Origin: a virus
Taxonomy: Duplodnaviria; Caudoviricetes
Length of the DNA: 64,000 bases
Virus record (IMG/VR): IMGVR_UViG_3300009610_000008
Location: 918-64,917 of that record
Direction: 5' to 3' (one strand)
The notes under the pieces were generated by a model. It searched no databases. It had not been told where the DNA came from and was given only the letters and a program-made list of their open reading frames with translations. Shown piece by piece: positions 27,884 to 38,593 of the stretch. Within the stretch, counting starts at the first letter, position 1. Each line of letters begins with the position of its first letter. The position numbers and the translations under genes were made by a program.

Positions 27884-29409
27884 TATCGTGCCGCTAGGAT
27901 GGCTGGCATGAACGTTCCATTGGTGGTCAATGCTGTCGCCGTGCCACAACTGGCCGGTAGCAATAGTGATGCCCCACTGCCTGTCGATGGATTGGAACAT
28001 GACACCATGCGCGGCACGCTGGCCACAAACCCCTGGATAATAAACGGCGACAACGACAACCCGGTCTCGCCACTGCCATAATACTGTGATAGTACACCCT
28101 CGCTGGAGATGGCGATCCAATGGACCCCGGCGGCAATGGTCGACCCACCCCCCACGGCCCATGTACCGGTCTTTTGAGTAATACCACTGGAGTCGCCATT
28201 GACAAACCTTGCTTCCAGTGCCCCCGGCGTATCACTGCTGTCGGCGTATATGCCAACCGTAGTGCCGTCAGTGGATGCACCCCCTGTGTTCTGGTAGTAG
28301 ACCCACTTGTTGAGTACCAGTGGTCCGGGTAAGTACGCCTGCATCATCACCACCCCCTTGTTCTGGGCGGCGGAGACCAGGATGGCTCGATTACTGATCT
28401 GCGGCTGGGTGCAATTGGTAAACAGGAAACAGGACGACATATTGGGCGTGCTACCCGCACTGGGAGTGAATGTCTCCATCACCCTACAGGTCTTGGTGGC
28501 AATGGTCACGGTGGTGGCCGACCCGCGCCATGATTCCCCATTACCCAGTGCGCCGGTGAACACGACACATCCATCGACAGTTTGATTAGCCGCCCCATAG
28601 ACGCGGAAGTCGTTGGTGCCGTTGGCAGTAAGTTCCGGGAGTACCAGCCCACTCTGTGCCGTGCCGTCCCCAGCCGTGAATCCACCAGTGCAGGTAATGT
28701 TATTGGACGCATACGAGCACCCCGTCCCCTGCGTCACTGTCCCCGCCGACGAGACAATCACCACCCTGGTAGCCGTGGTGAGGTTGGACCCGCCCAGCAC
28801 ATCCCCACTACCACCCCCTGGTGCCACACTGGTTCCATCTACCCGCACAAGGTTGGTACCCGCCCCCGTAACGACACTCGATATCCCGGCGGTCTGCTTG
28901 ATTACCCCGGTGAGGGTACTACGGGTCAACACCGTCCCTGCCGCATTGATGTTGGTATCCTCGCCACCAGTGCCAGCCGAGGGGCCAGTGACATTGCCCC
29001 CACCACCCCCCGCCGCACTTGTACCGTCGACCCGTACAAAGTCAGTAGCAGTACCAGTCACCACACTTGGCACGCCGCCAGCGGTCTTGATCACCCCGGT
29101 CAATGCGGATCGTGTCAGTGCCGTACCCGCCGCATCCACGGTGGTGATCGCCCCAGCGGTACCGGGAGCCGGACCAACCACATTACCTGTCCCAGCCCCA
29201 CCAGCACCGCTAAGTACAGTCCAGGTATTATTCGCGGTACATGAGGCGAGACGTAATGCATCGGCGACACCAACAGTAGTGTTTAGCCAAAAGTCACGCC
29301 CAGCCACACAGTTAACGGGTGCAGTAGGTCCAGTATAGTACCGGGCAGTGCCACTTGTCTGGGCCAGGATGGGCAGTGCCACCAGGATGGATAGAATGAG
29401 ATGTCGCAT
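27883..29409 (-). CDS. Tail fibre-like Gly/Thr-rich protein with internal tandem repeat
   Basis: Signal-peptide-like MRHLILSILVALPILAQ; two ~63-aa repeats (NV.GP..GT.G...AAGT.LTRS.LTGVIK...VVTG....VRVDGTS). Confidence 0.7.
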   Translation of the reverse strand: MRHLILSILVALPILAQTSGTARYYTGPTAPVNCVAGRDFWLNTTVGVADALRLASCTANNTWTVLSGAGGAGTGNVVGPAPGTAGAITTVDAAGTALTRSALTGVIKTAGGVPSVVTGTATDFVRVDGTSAAGGGGGNVTGPSAGTGGEDTNINAAGTVLTRSTLTGVIKQTAGISSVVTGAGTNLVRVDGTSVAPGGGSGDVLGGSNLTTATRVVIVSSAGTVTQGTGCSYASNNITCTGGFTAGDGTAQSGLVLPELTANGTNDFRVYGAANQTVDGCVVFTGALGNGESWRGSATTVTIATKTCRVMETFTPSAGSTPNMSSCFLFTNCTQPQISNRAILVSAAQNKGVVMMQAYLPGPLVLNKWVYYQNTGGASTDGTTVGIYADSSDTPGALEARFVNGDSSGITQKTGTWAVGGGSTIAAGVHWIAISSEGVLSQYYGSGETGLSLSPFIIQGFVASVPRMVSCSNPSTGSGASLLLPASCGTATALTTNGTFMPAILAAR

Positions 29410-29469
29410 AGTTTTCCTTTCACGCTGTTGGTCCACAGGTGGACCCTGTTGGTCACTAACTGTCGTTAA

Positions 29470-32304
29470 CTACTGTGGATTGAGGTCCAGCATCCTCTGC
29501 CAGTAGTCCGCCCGTCTGCTGGGGTCCAGTTTACCACTCCGGGTAGTAAGTCTGCCCAGGAACCGCTGTGCCCGTTTGGCCACTTGTGTATCAAGTACTT
29601 CCTTCTGTTGGGCGGCAGTCATCCGTGCCCACGATGGATCGTTCATGGCATCGGTCATAAAGTTGCGTATCATCCTGCCCTTGAGTTGTTGGCGTATAGC
29701 AATCACCGCATCACTATCCCCAGCTAGTGGCTTCACGGGCGGCACCCCCATGCCAAACTGTTTCAATACCTCTCTATGCGCTGGCGTCAACTCCGCTGAT
29801 AGACCTTGGTACGACACATCCTGCTTGGCCCTGGCCTCAGTCAAATCAATATCCTTCACCCGTCCGCCACGTCCCTGGACGAAACGGTTCTTCAGTGCCG
29901 TGACCGTATCGACTCCCCCACTCTTGCCCTCGGGTAATAACCCCACCGCTGTCCCCGCCCAGTCAAGCGCATTCAACACCAGCGGTATCCCCTGTCCACC
30001 ACCCGCCGTGATCCTCCCGTGCCACTTCGCGGGTGACGCCCCCGCAGCTTGGGCCAGGGCAGTGATGGTCTTACTCGTATCCTTGTCAATCTGCTCTGTC
30101 TCGGGTAGACCTTCCAACTTCTTACTCACAAATGGCCGTCCACTAAACTGGTGCGTCCCGCTCCTAATGTCGCTAACCACCTTGAACAGTTGCGGGTTGA
30201 TCGTGTCCAGCATGGTTTCAAGCGCATCACCAGCCGTGCCATACTGTGTCGCATACTTGGGATCGGTGGCGGGTGCAAAGTTGGCGTTGATGCCCAGGTC
30301 GTCGGCAATAGATTGTAATGACGCGGGGTCATCTCTCCACATGGTCTCTATCGCCATACGGATGGGGCGTGACAGGTTGTTGAATGGCTGGGCGAGTGGG
30401 ATTTTGCCCATCCAATGTTTCCCATCCTCGTTGACCAGCCCATCGCCCGACATGAATGCAATATTGTCATCCAACTCATGGTCGGGTGTGTCGGCGTATT
30501 GCTTCTGTCGATCGGGGGAGGACAGGTTGTAGATAGTGGCGGCAATCTGGGGCATGACTACCCAAAAGGCGGTGCGGGCGGCAAATTTAGCAGGATCATT
30601 TTTCAATGTGTCCCAACTCGACGCTGTCCCCTCGATGGCCGCATTGAGGTATGGCGTCACCTGGACGATATCCCCCATCTTGGACCCCACCCGCCGGTAG
30701 TTGGCCATCTGATTACGTGCCGCTTCAAATGCCGCCGCCTCGGCCTCTTGCAGTGACTTCCCTGCCTTGATCTCAGTGGCCTTCACGTCAAGGTAAACCC
30801 GTAGCCGCCCCATCTCCTCCGACTTGGATGCCACGTCCTCCAGCCACGAGAAGAACTGCTTGGACGCCTCCTTCTTGTTGGTGGCCGCGTACTTGCCAAC
30901 CGACGTCAACTTGTTAGTCACTCCCTCGCGCGACTTGGCAATCATGTAGTCAATCTGCGTCCGGGGACGATTGCGAAACTGTTCTGCACTGATAAACGCC
31001 CCACCACCCTCACGTAGACGGTCCAGGTTCTTGGACCACTTCTTGATCCCCAGCGTACTGGCCAGTACCTCCCCTGTCGCCTGCGGGGCCTTGAGTAGAG
31101 ACAATGACCCGGTGTTGATGGCGTTGGTCCATATGTCCCTGACGAGGTTGGCCGCTTGAAATGGGGGATTGTACAACCCGGTAGCCGTGGCACGTAATAG
31201 CCGCGCCCCGGCCTTCATCACCGTGATGGCGACGTGGGTCTCACGCGGGGTCAGTTGTTTCGCGGCCATCGCCATCACGTCAGGCACCGCTAGTGTAACC
31301 TTACGTCCATCCTCCAGGAAGTTGACATGGTTGTTGTCGGTCGGCTTGAACCGCCCCGCCTCGATGTCTTGCGGCGATACCCTGTAGATCAGCTTGTCCC
31401 ACCCAGGGTAGAGAGTGGCGACCCGCTCGAACTCCCGGCCGACCTTGTTACGGGATGCTTCACGGGTATCTTGGAATGTCCTGGTGACTAGTGACTTCCA
31501 CATGTCCTCGGTCGCCAGATCACTACCCCCCTCGCTTAACTTCTTGACTGTCTGTTGTTTAGACAATGACCCAGGTTGCGTACTGCCCCAGGGGTTACCG
31601 TCTTGGATGGCGTCCAGTATGCGGTTGATGGGGACATATTTGTCATACATGTTCTTGAGCGTGGCATTCAATTCCTTGGAGATGCGCCCATCGGCGGTGG
31701 CATCATCGAGCATTGTTCTAAAGTAATCCTGCACCTCCTTGACTGCCGCCCCGTGGTGGGGCATCCCCCGGGCTACCAGTGCGTCGATGTCGGCCAGCTT
31801 CTCCGCTGTGTAGTGGACACCTTTCTCACCGGCGGCAGACTTGGCTTGGTACTCCTGTATCCCCATGATCTTCATGTGGTTGGATCTCATCTGCATGGCG
31901 ACGGGATCACTCTTGTTGGCATTGGCATTGATGGTGGCCAGGGCCGGGTCGGTCTTGATGGCCTCATTCCACTTAGCCTCGCCCATTTGGTTGACCTCGA
32001 TCTGCTGCTTCTGCAATGCCTGCGCGAGGATACCCGTGTCGGCCACCTTTTGCACCGCTTGGTCGTAGGTCATGCCCGCTGTGTGGTTTTTCAAGAAGGT
32101 ATCGATAGTGCGATTCACCTTGGCCTCGGCCCGGTCGTCACTAGCCGTCGCATCATCCAATATGTTGCCATACCTGTCACTGGCTGCGGCCATCTTGCCA
32201 ACCGCTTGGCGGGGGCGGGGACCTATGGCGGACTTGTCGACCTTGTTTTGCAGGGTTTGTGTCGCCCGGACAGGGGATACCCAGTTGGCGACGGGGTTGG
32301 CCAT
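29470..32304 (-). CDS. Large internal virion / DNA ejection protein, C-terminal part (LPD38-like)
   Basis: YVPINR, NPPFQAANLVRD, NYRRVG...PYLNAAIEG patterns typical of podophage large ejection proteins. The frame stays open upstream to 32649. Confidence 0.7.
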   Translation of the reverse strand: MANPVANWVSPVRATQTLQNKVDKSAIGPRPRQAVGKMAAASDRYGNILDDATASDDRAEAKVNRTIDTFLKNHTAGMTYDQAVQKVADTGILAQALQKQQIEVNQMGEAKWNEAIKTDPALATINANANKSDPVAMQMRSNHMKIMGIQEYQAKSAAGEKGVHYTAEKLADIDALVARGMPHHGAAVKEVQDYFRTMLDDATADGRISKELNATLKNMYDKYVPINRILDAIQDGNPWGSTQPGSLSKQQTVKKLSEGGSDLATEDMWKSLVTRTFQDTREASRNKVGREFERVATLYPGWDKLIYRVSPQDIEAGRFKPTDNNHVNFLEDGRKVTLAVPDVMAMAAKQLTPRETHVAITVMKAGARLLRATATGLYNPPFQAANLVRDIWTNAINTGSLSLLKAPQATGEVLASTLGIKKWSKNLDRLREGGGAFISAEQFRNRPRTQIDYMIAKSREGVTNKLTSVGKYAATNKKEASKQFFSWLEDVASKSEEMGRLRVYLDVKATEIKAGKSLQEAEAAAFEAARNQMANYRRVGSKMGDIVQVTPYLNAAIEGTASSWDTLKNDPAKFAARTAFWVVMPQIAATIYNLSSPDRQKQYADTPDHELDDNIAFMSGDGLVNEDGKHWMGKIPLAQPFNNLSRPIRMAIETMWRDDPASLQSIADDLGINANFAPATDPKYATQYGTAGDALETMLDTINPQLFKVVSDIRSGTHQFSGRPFVSKKLEGLPETEQIDKDTSKTITALAQAAGASPAKWHGRITAGGGQGIPLVLNALDWAGTAVGLLPEGKSGGVDTVTALKNRFVQGRGGRVKDIDLTEARAKQDVSYQGLSAELTPAHREVLKQFGMGVPPVKPLAGDSDAVIAIRQQLKGRMIRNFMTDAMNDPSWARMTAAQQKEVLDTQVAKRAQRFLGRLTTRSGKLDPSRRADYWQRMLDLNPQ

Positions 32305-32645
32305 GTGCTTGTTGATAATGGTTGCCGCCCACGAGGGTTGCTTTGATTGGGCAATAGCTTGGTTGGCCCGTGCAGCACTGTAAACCTGGTTGTACAGTTG
32401 GTCACTAACCCAGGCTGGTGGTGGTTGCGGGGGACCAGGGGGTGTGTTGAGGTGGTTCCACAGACGCTTGGCATTGGTGGCAATAGCTTGCGATCCAAGG
32501 AAACCTAGTGATCCAGATGTTGGTCCACCACTGCTGGGGTCGCTTGGGTCCAGTTCGCCAAAGCTGAACCCCTGCTTGCCTACCGGTGGTGGTGGTGTGG
32601 TAACCGGTGGGGTAGTGACTAACTCGCCACCCTCGCCGCTAGTCT

Positions 32646-34862
32646 CTACTTTTTTTTTACCCTTCCACCCTTGCCGCCCCGGCCCACGACAAGTGGGGTT
32701 GGCAATGGCTCCTCAATGATGGGAGGTTGCTCAATAGTGGCACCAGCAGCGGCGGCGGCGTCATCCATCTCCTGGATAATCAATCCCTCGGGGGTGGGTG
32801 GGCCGGTGGTGGTCATCTTGGGACGGGTGCCACGTTTACCCTTACCTTTGGGTTTGTTAGTCACTAACGGGGTGAGTTCCCCACTTTTGAACATCTCGGC
32901 TACTGCGGCATCCTCACCCTCATCGGCCTGTGATCGCCACGGTCTACCCAGTGTCCCCTCGCGTGCACGTTGGATGGCCTCCTGCGATTCTTGAGCTGAC
33001 TTCCATGGGGTACGCAGTCCCAGTGATGCCCCGGTTGTCGGCCCCATAGGTAGTGGTGGGGCACCGGCAGGGGTACCGGGGTAACCAGTGGTGCCTAGTC
33101 CCATGCGCCCAACATCACCCTTTGTCCCTGGACCCTCACGCCCAACGCCAAACCCGGCGAGTGGTACTGGTGGGATGTCATGGGTGGGTGGTGGGTTTTG
33201 GGTATCGTACAACCCCTGCATCTGTCCCACCAGTGGGTCGGGTGGCGGGACGGGGCGTGGTGGGAGTAGTGGTCTAGTGGGTGGGATGTAGGTGGGTTGC
33301 GGCTTGGCAATAGAGGACAGGTCAACAGGTGGCGTGGATGATGGCCCACCACCTGGACCCAGGTAGGGGGGACCTTCGGTTGGACCTAGACGTGGTGGAC
33401 CCTCGGCTGGGCCAAGGAGTGGCGGCTGTTCCATCGGCCCCTGGATGGGGGGTTGGGGTTGTGGACCCTGTAGTGGTGGTTGTGGCTCTGGACCATATGG
33501 GAGATCCATCTCAGTCACACCTTCACCCACCTTGGTGACAGTTGGGGTAATGGGGGGTTCGCCGGGGGCACGGCGAATGGGTGGTATATAGCCCAGGTTT
33601 GGTGGTCCGGGGGGTGGTTGATTCACTTCGCCTGCCAATGGTACAGGCGGAGTGTAACCGGGAGTGGATACTGGGCGTCCACCGGGGGCTGGGGATGGGC
33701 GCAGCGGGGTGGGTCCAGCGGGGGCCTGTGGGAAAAATGCGCCCATCAGGTCAGCGCCGGTGTTAGTCACTAACGGGGTGGGTCGGGGTGCTGGTCCCTG
33801 GAGTGGGGGTTGTGGTTCCGGCCCATACATTGGCCCAACTGGTGGTGTCGCCGCTGGTGGTGTCGCCTCACCCGGCACAAAGTTCTTCCACCACGCATCC
33901 TCTCCCGGCGCAAATGCCTGCCACCAGGGGGCAGTGGGGGATGGACGTAACGGGGCACTGGTGGCGGGTGCACCACGGGGGACAGTGGTGATGGGGGAAT
34001 GGGGCAATACCGCACCCACCCCGCCCTGGATCGCCGCGCTGGCCAACCTGTCCTTTGACCCCCAGTCACCCTCGCCGCCAAGGTAGCCTAGACCAGTTTG
34101 CAATGCGGTACGCACCGCCCGTCCCTTAGCCGCCCCGGCCCAGTCACTGAGACCCCCGACAACAGCTTGTGTCACACCCTCAGTGCCGGGATCACGTCTC
34201 TCCACCCCAGGGACAGGCGTCTCCATGGCACGCTTGGCCGCAGCCAGCCCACCCTGTGCGGCACCACTGGTGATCATGGCCCCCAGCTTGGTGGCGGGAC
34301 GGACGATACCGCGTGCGACACCTGTTGCCCCGGCATATTGGGCAATCTCGGGGATAAGTTCACCGACGAATTGACCAGTCTGTGAACTCATGGACGGCTG
34401 GGGCTTCTCACCAGTGACGAGGTTGGACAGGCCCATGGATGGCTGACCGGTGATCCAATCCCCCGCCGATTGAATGTCCTTGCCTACCCATGATGGATGG
34501 GCGTAGGATGGCGCATACTCGCGTAGACCGGCGGCGATAGTGTCCTCTAGGTCACCCACTGTCCGCCCAACCCCAGTAATGGCCCCACCAACCACACCCC
34601 GTCCAAAGTCGCTAGACCCGGTAATGAGGTCACGTGAGAGTTGTGCCCCCCTGCCAATGATACCGGGACTAGCCTTGGGTTTGGCAGTAGTGGTACGTGG
34701 GGCATCCTTGGCACCTTGTGGCACCACGTAGTCGTCATATCTACCGGGGAACTTGGCCTGCATCTTGCGGACGAGGTCGGCATCATCTGGGAATTGAGTA
34801 TCCAGCTTCCCCCCGGCGGCGGCGCGGAGTTTGCTTGCTAGCTCGTGGTAATCCTGTGCCAT
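32646..34862 (-). CDS. Internal virion / ejection protein, N-terminal part (Pro-rich)
   Basis: Gly/Ala-rich hydrophobic middle and long Pro-rich tract; ends at an A9 run. Confidence 0.7.
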   Translation of the reverse strand: MAQDYHELASKLRAAAGGKLDTQFPDDADLVRKMQAKFPGRYDDYVVPQGAKDAPRTTTAKPKASPGIIGRGAQLSRDLITGSSDFGRGVVGGAITGVGRTVGDLEDTIAAGLREYAPSYAHPSWVGKDIQSAGDWITGQPSMGLSNLVTGEKPQPSMSSQTGQFVGELIPEIAQYAGATGVARGIVRPATKLGAMITSGAAQGGLAAAKRAMETPVPGVERRDPGTEGVTQAVVGGLSDWAGAAKGRAVRTALQTGLGYLGGEGDWGSKDRLASAAIQGGVGAVLPHSPITTVPRGAPATSAPLRPSPTAPWWQAFAPGEDAWWKNFVPGEATPPAATPPVGPMYGPEPQPPLQGPAPRPTPLVTNTGADLMGAFFPQAPAGPTPLRPSPAPGGRPVSTPGYTPPVPLAGEVNQPPPGPPNLGYIPPIRRAPGEPPITPTVTKVGEGVTEMDLPYGPEPQPPLQGPQPQPPIQGPMEQPPLLGPAEGPPRLGPTEGPPYLGPGGGPSSTPPVDLSSIAKPQPTYIPPTRPLLPPRPVPPPDPLVGQMQGLYDTQNPPPTHDIPPVPLAGFGVGREGPGTKGDVGRMGLGTTGYPGTPAGAPPLPMGPTTGASLGLRTPWKSAQESQEAIQRAREGTLGRPWRSQADEGEDAAVAEMFKSGELTPLVTNKPKGKGKRGTRPKMTTTGPPTPEGLIIQEMDDAAAAAGATIEQPPIIEEPLPTPLVVGRGGKGGRVKKK

Positions 34863-36511
34863 TATTGATTCCCTTCCAATAGCTCGTTGACATCGGCAAA
34901 TATCTGCTCGTCCTCAGCCGCCTCGTCACCCCCACCACCACCAAGTAATGCGGCGACATCGGCCTGCATCTGCGGGGTGAAGTTAGCAGTAGTACCGGGA
35001 CGGGTGGGGGTGGTGGTACCAGGGGTGGTGGTGCGGGTGGCGGTGTCTGGTACACCCTTGGGAGTTTGACGGTCCCGTATAAAGCCAATGGCTGTCCCCA
35101 GGTCTATGTCACGCACATTGCGCTGTCCGGGGGCGTTGGCCAAATCACGTTGCAATAGACCCCGATTGGCATCACTAATGAACCGTGGCCAGTCGACATC
35201 ACCCGTAGTTGGGTTAGTGTACCGGTGAGCGTTGTACTGGATGATGTCGCCAATGTGACCGGCGGCGAGGCGATTGGCGGCGGCAACCCCAGCACCAGCA
35301 CCAGCTTGACGAGGCGGCCGCATGGAGTTGACAATGGCCCCCGCACGCCTGATCTCCGCGATGGCCGCATCACCCCTTGCCTTGTCGGGGTCAGCCAGTG
35401 CCCGTAGGATCTTATCCATAGTGGAACCAGCGGGAACATTTGGTGGGTTTGCGCCATTGTACGCACGGTGGATGGCCGCCTGTTGGGCCGGGGTTAGCTG
35501 GCCACCAGATAAGTCATTGAGTATGCCGACTAGCTTTTTGCCTGCTTCGAGCTTGGCTTCCGGGGTACTGAGGACAGGGGCCTTGGGGTTGGCGTATGAC
35601 TCTGGTGGTTGCCCAGGCTTGCCACGGATGGCTACCCCACCTTCTGGGATGTTATGCCACTTGTCGCGTGCAGTTTCAGCGATAATCTTCTTGGTCTGGG
35701 CGTCTATACCCTCGTTGACACCACGTTTTTGATAGTACGCACCACGTTGTCTCAAATAGTCGGCATAGGCCAATGCCCGTTGACCCTCGGCACTGCGCTT
35801 CTCACCCTCAGTGAGTTTGTCGTAGTACTTCAGCCAGTACTCCTCACCAGCGGCGATTTGACTAATCACCTGCCCCGCGTATTGGCCTTGAGTGGCTCTA
35901 TCGTAGTCCTTGAGACCCAGGTATGTATCTAGTCCCTGGGCGTAACCGCGTGCGGCGTCCTTGAATGTATCACCGGTACCGGGTTGCGAGGCGCTGTGGA
36001 AGGCACTGGATAGCATACGTGACATCTTCTCACTACGGGACATACCGGGGTAGGGGCGGAGTTGTTGATACAGAGCGGCGCGGTCAACTGGTGTTGGCGG
36101 CTGGAGACGGCGTGCCGGTGGTGGTGGGGTGGTGGTAGGGAGTTGACCACTACCCCTGACTGGTGGGGTGGTGGGTAGTACCTGGTCCTGGGCCTCGCGG
36201 GTAGCTTGGGCATATTCACCGGCAGTGTCCCCACCACCACCACCACCCTTACCCATGGGCGGGATGGTTGTCGATGTTGGCGATGGTGGTGGGACAACTT
36301 GGGCACTGGCCTGTCTATAACTTACAGGGGTTGGCGGTAACAGGACATTGGGGGATGAGACGCCACTTGGTTCATCGCCCTCGGACATTGACTCCAACTG
36401 GTCATCACCACCACTATAGCCGAACCCACCTGGGTATAGCTGTTGCAACATGGCCAGGGAGTTGTCTTGGTCGTCGTCAGTGTAGATGCCGCGCCTGTAG
36501 TCAATGGCCAT
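34862..36511 (-). CDS. Putative internal virion (ejection) protein
   Basis: Position and low-complexity composition; GAGGA SD. Confidence 0.6.
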   Translation of the reverse strand: MAIDYRRGIYTDDDQDNSLAMLQQLYPGGFGYSGGDDQLESMSEGDEPSGVSSPNVLLPPTPVSYRQASAQVVPPPSPTSTTIPPMGKGGGGGGDTAGEYAQATREAQDQVLPTTPPVRGSGQLPTTTPPPPARRLQPPTPVDRAALYQQLRPYPGMSRSEKMSRMLSSAFHSASQPGTGDTFKDAARGYAQGLDTYLGLKDYDRATQGQYAGQVISQIAAGEEYWLKYYDKLTEGEKRSAEGQRALAYADYLRQRGAYYQKRGVNEGIDAQTKKIIAETARDKWHNIPEGGVAIRGKPGQPPESYANPKAPVLSTPEAKLEAGKKLVGILNDLSGGQLTPAQQAAIHRAYNGANPPNVPAGSTMDKILRALADPDKARGDAAIAEIRRAGAIVNSMRPPRQAGAGAGVAAANRLAAGHIGDIIQYNAHRYTNPTTGDVDWPRFISDANRGLLQRDLANAPGQRNVRDIDLGTAIGFIRDRQTPKGVPDTATRTTTPGTTTPTRPGTTANFTPQMQADVAALLGGGGGDEAAEDEQIFADVNELLEGNQ

Positions 36512-36551
36512 GTGGTCCTCTGTTAGTGACTAACAATTGTACCGCCATTGC

Positions 36552-38255
36552 CTAGTCGTTGCCATAATAGCCCTCGCCGTAGGGGTCATCGCTTGGCATC
36601 CTGGTGCGGTTGGACCCAGTAGTGGTACCACCACCTGCCTGCCCAGTGCGGCGGTTCTTGAAATAATCACTCGCCGCCCCACCAACACTACCGGCTAGGT
36701 TGCTCACTAGGCTGGAGAATGACCCACTGTTGGCGTTGGCGCGGTTGGCATTGGCATTGTAACCAGCGGCGGCTTGATTACCGGCACCAAGGGCGGTACG
36801 GATACGGTCGAGGTTGCGTTGAAATGCATCATTGGAGGCTTGACCAATGCGATCTGTGCCACGGTCTTTACGTGCGAGATCAGCGGTGGTGAACCCCATG
36901 CCGACATTGTACTGGCGTTCACGTAACTGGTTTTGATATTCGCGGTCCTGGTTACGCCGGTCAGCCAGTCCAGTAGCAATGGCAAGGTCACCACGGCTAT
37001 TGGTCAACCTGTCGGTGGCGGCGGCAATACGTCCCGCGTAGACCTCGTTGGCCTTGTCCTGGTAGCGGTAGGTGTTGTTGAGATTGAGGTTGGTGTTGCG
37101 GGTGTCCTCGGCAATGCGGCGGGTGGCGGCAGTGTCGACCGTGCCACGATCAATGGCACCGCGATCCAGTATCAACCCACGCCGTATTGCCTCGTCTGCT
37201 GTAGACAAGTTGATGTCCTTGCCCATCTCGTCCCTGCTAATGCCCAACCCGGTGTCAAGCACATTCTTGGATATCCCCAGTCCAGTGTCGAGCACCCTGT
37301 TGCCGATACCTAGTCTAGTGTTGAGTACATTGCCAGCAAGGTCGTAACGCAGGCCAGCCTGTTTCTCGGCACCAGCGGCGAGTGCATCGTCTACGGCACG
37401 ACTACGGCTTGCCTCGACCCGGCTGGCCATCGCATTGTAGGTGGGGTCAGTGGATGATAACCCCGCGCGGCGTGCTCTGAATGCGGCATCGGCGGCGGCA
37501 GGGGCAAATGCACGACCCACTCTCGCACTGGTGGCATCGGGGGCGAAGGCGCGGTCGATGGCGGCGTTGGCGTCGACCTTGTACTCATTCTCCAGGGCAC
37601 CAGTGGCACCGGTTTCGTACTTTTTCAGGGCACCCGTGGCGTCGGTTTTGTATTGCCCAAGCTGACCACGCTGTTCCTTGAAACCCTCGCCCATGCGACC
37701 GCGTAGTTCGCCGTAGAGTTTCTCGTGAATTGCTCCTGCGGCGTCGAAAGTGGACCCCGTCATCTCCAGGATCTTCTTCTCGACGTCGTTGATGGTGCCT
37801 ATGACACGGTTATTGGAGTCACGTATTAGACCCTCTGCCGCATCAAATGTGGCACCTGCCCCAATGCCCATCTGGTCGAGAATGCTTGACACATCCCCCC
37901 AGGTGGTCTCGGCGTTGGGACCGTTTTGGAACCGCTCCTGTAACTGGGTCGTCTCCTGTCGCCGCGCATCACTTTGCCCGGTGTCTTGGATGACCTCACT
38001 ACCCCGCTGGACAATGTCGCCGGGAGTGCCATACCCCTGGTCAGACATTTCCTGGATCTTGGTGGTATAGGTTCCCCACAGTTGTCGGGCACTCTCCTCA
38101 TCGAGGTTGGCGTCGCCCAGGAGTTGCTTCATGATGGCATGAAACTCGGCGGGCATGGCCTCGGCCTGTTGGGTCTCCTTGTTCTTGCCCCCGCCAAAGA
38201 GCTTGAACAGGAATGGCACGGCGGCGGTGATGATGGGGATTACGGCAGCGGCCAT
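36552..38255 (-). CDS. Putative DNA pilot / ejection protein
   Basis: Hydrophobic N-terminus followed by GGG, Ala/Asn/Arg-rich helical body, 11-aa VL(D/N)T.LGI repeats. Confidence 0.65.
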   Translation of the reverse strand: MAAAVIPIITAAVPFLFKLFGGGKNKETQQAEAMPAEFHAIMKQLLGDANLDEESARQLWGTYTTKIQEMSDQGYGTPGDIVQRGSEVIQDTGQSDARRQETTQLQERFQNGPNAETTWGDVSSILDQMGIGAGATFDAAEGLIRDSNNRVIGTINDVEKKILEMTGSTFDAAGAIHEKLYGELRGRMGEGFKEQRGQLGQYKTDATGALKKYETGATGALENEYKVDANAAIDRAFAPDATSARVGRAFAPAAADAAFRARRAGLSSTDPTYNAMASRVEASRSRAVDDALAAGAEKQAGLRYDLAGNVLNTRLGIGNRVLDTGLGISKNVLDTGLGISRDEMGKDINLSTADEAIRRGLILDRGAIDRGTVDTAATRRIAEDTRNTNLNLNNTYRYQDKANEVYAGRIAAATDRLTNSRGDLAIATGLADRRNQDREYQNQLRERQYNVGMGFTTADLARKDRGTDRIGQASNDAFQRNLDRIRTALGAGNQAAAGYNANANRANANSGSFSSLVSNLAGSVGGAASDYFKNRRTGQAGGGTTTGSNRTRMPSDDPYGEGYYGND

Positions 38256-38288
38256 AGGGGATGTGGACTCCTTGGGGTTAAGTATATA

Positions 38289-38582
38289 CTACTTAGTCAC
38301 TAACTTGGGGTTGCGGTCCACCCACGTGCCGCTGTGGATGTCGATCTCGAACGTGTCGCCGACCTTGTATTCGAGACGCTTGGCATTAATGTATCTAGTG
38401 TACTCATCCATCTTGGCCTGCTGCTCGGCCTGAAGCCGGAGGATGGTGATCTCGATGACACGTATGCGGTCAATGAGTAGTAGATGTTTAATCTGATCAT
38501 TAGGCGAGACGGCAACAGGTTTAGGGTCACCACCCTCCTGGGCAAGCAGGGCAACAGTGGCCAGTAACAGTAGCGGTCGCAT
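38289..38582 (-). CDS. Small exported coiled-coil protein
   Basis: MRPLLLLATVALLAQ signal-like N-terminus followed by a coiled coil. Confidence 0.6.
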   Translation of the reverse strand: MRPLLLLATVALLAQEGGDPKPVAVSPNDQIKHLLLIDRIRVIEITILRLQAEQQAKMDEYTRYINAKRLEYKVGDTFEIDIHSGTWVDRNPKLVTK

Positions 38583-38593
38583 ACAGTTGGTCA

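Noticed and set aside
24341-29409. Diversity-generating retroelement acting on fibre genes
   Set aside because: No reverse transcriptase and no TR/VR pair differing at adenines was seen; the repeat in the 29409 gene is an ordinary diverged tandem duplication.
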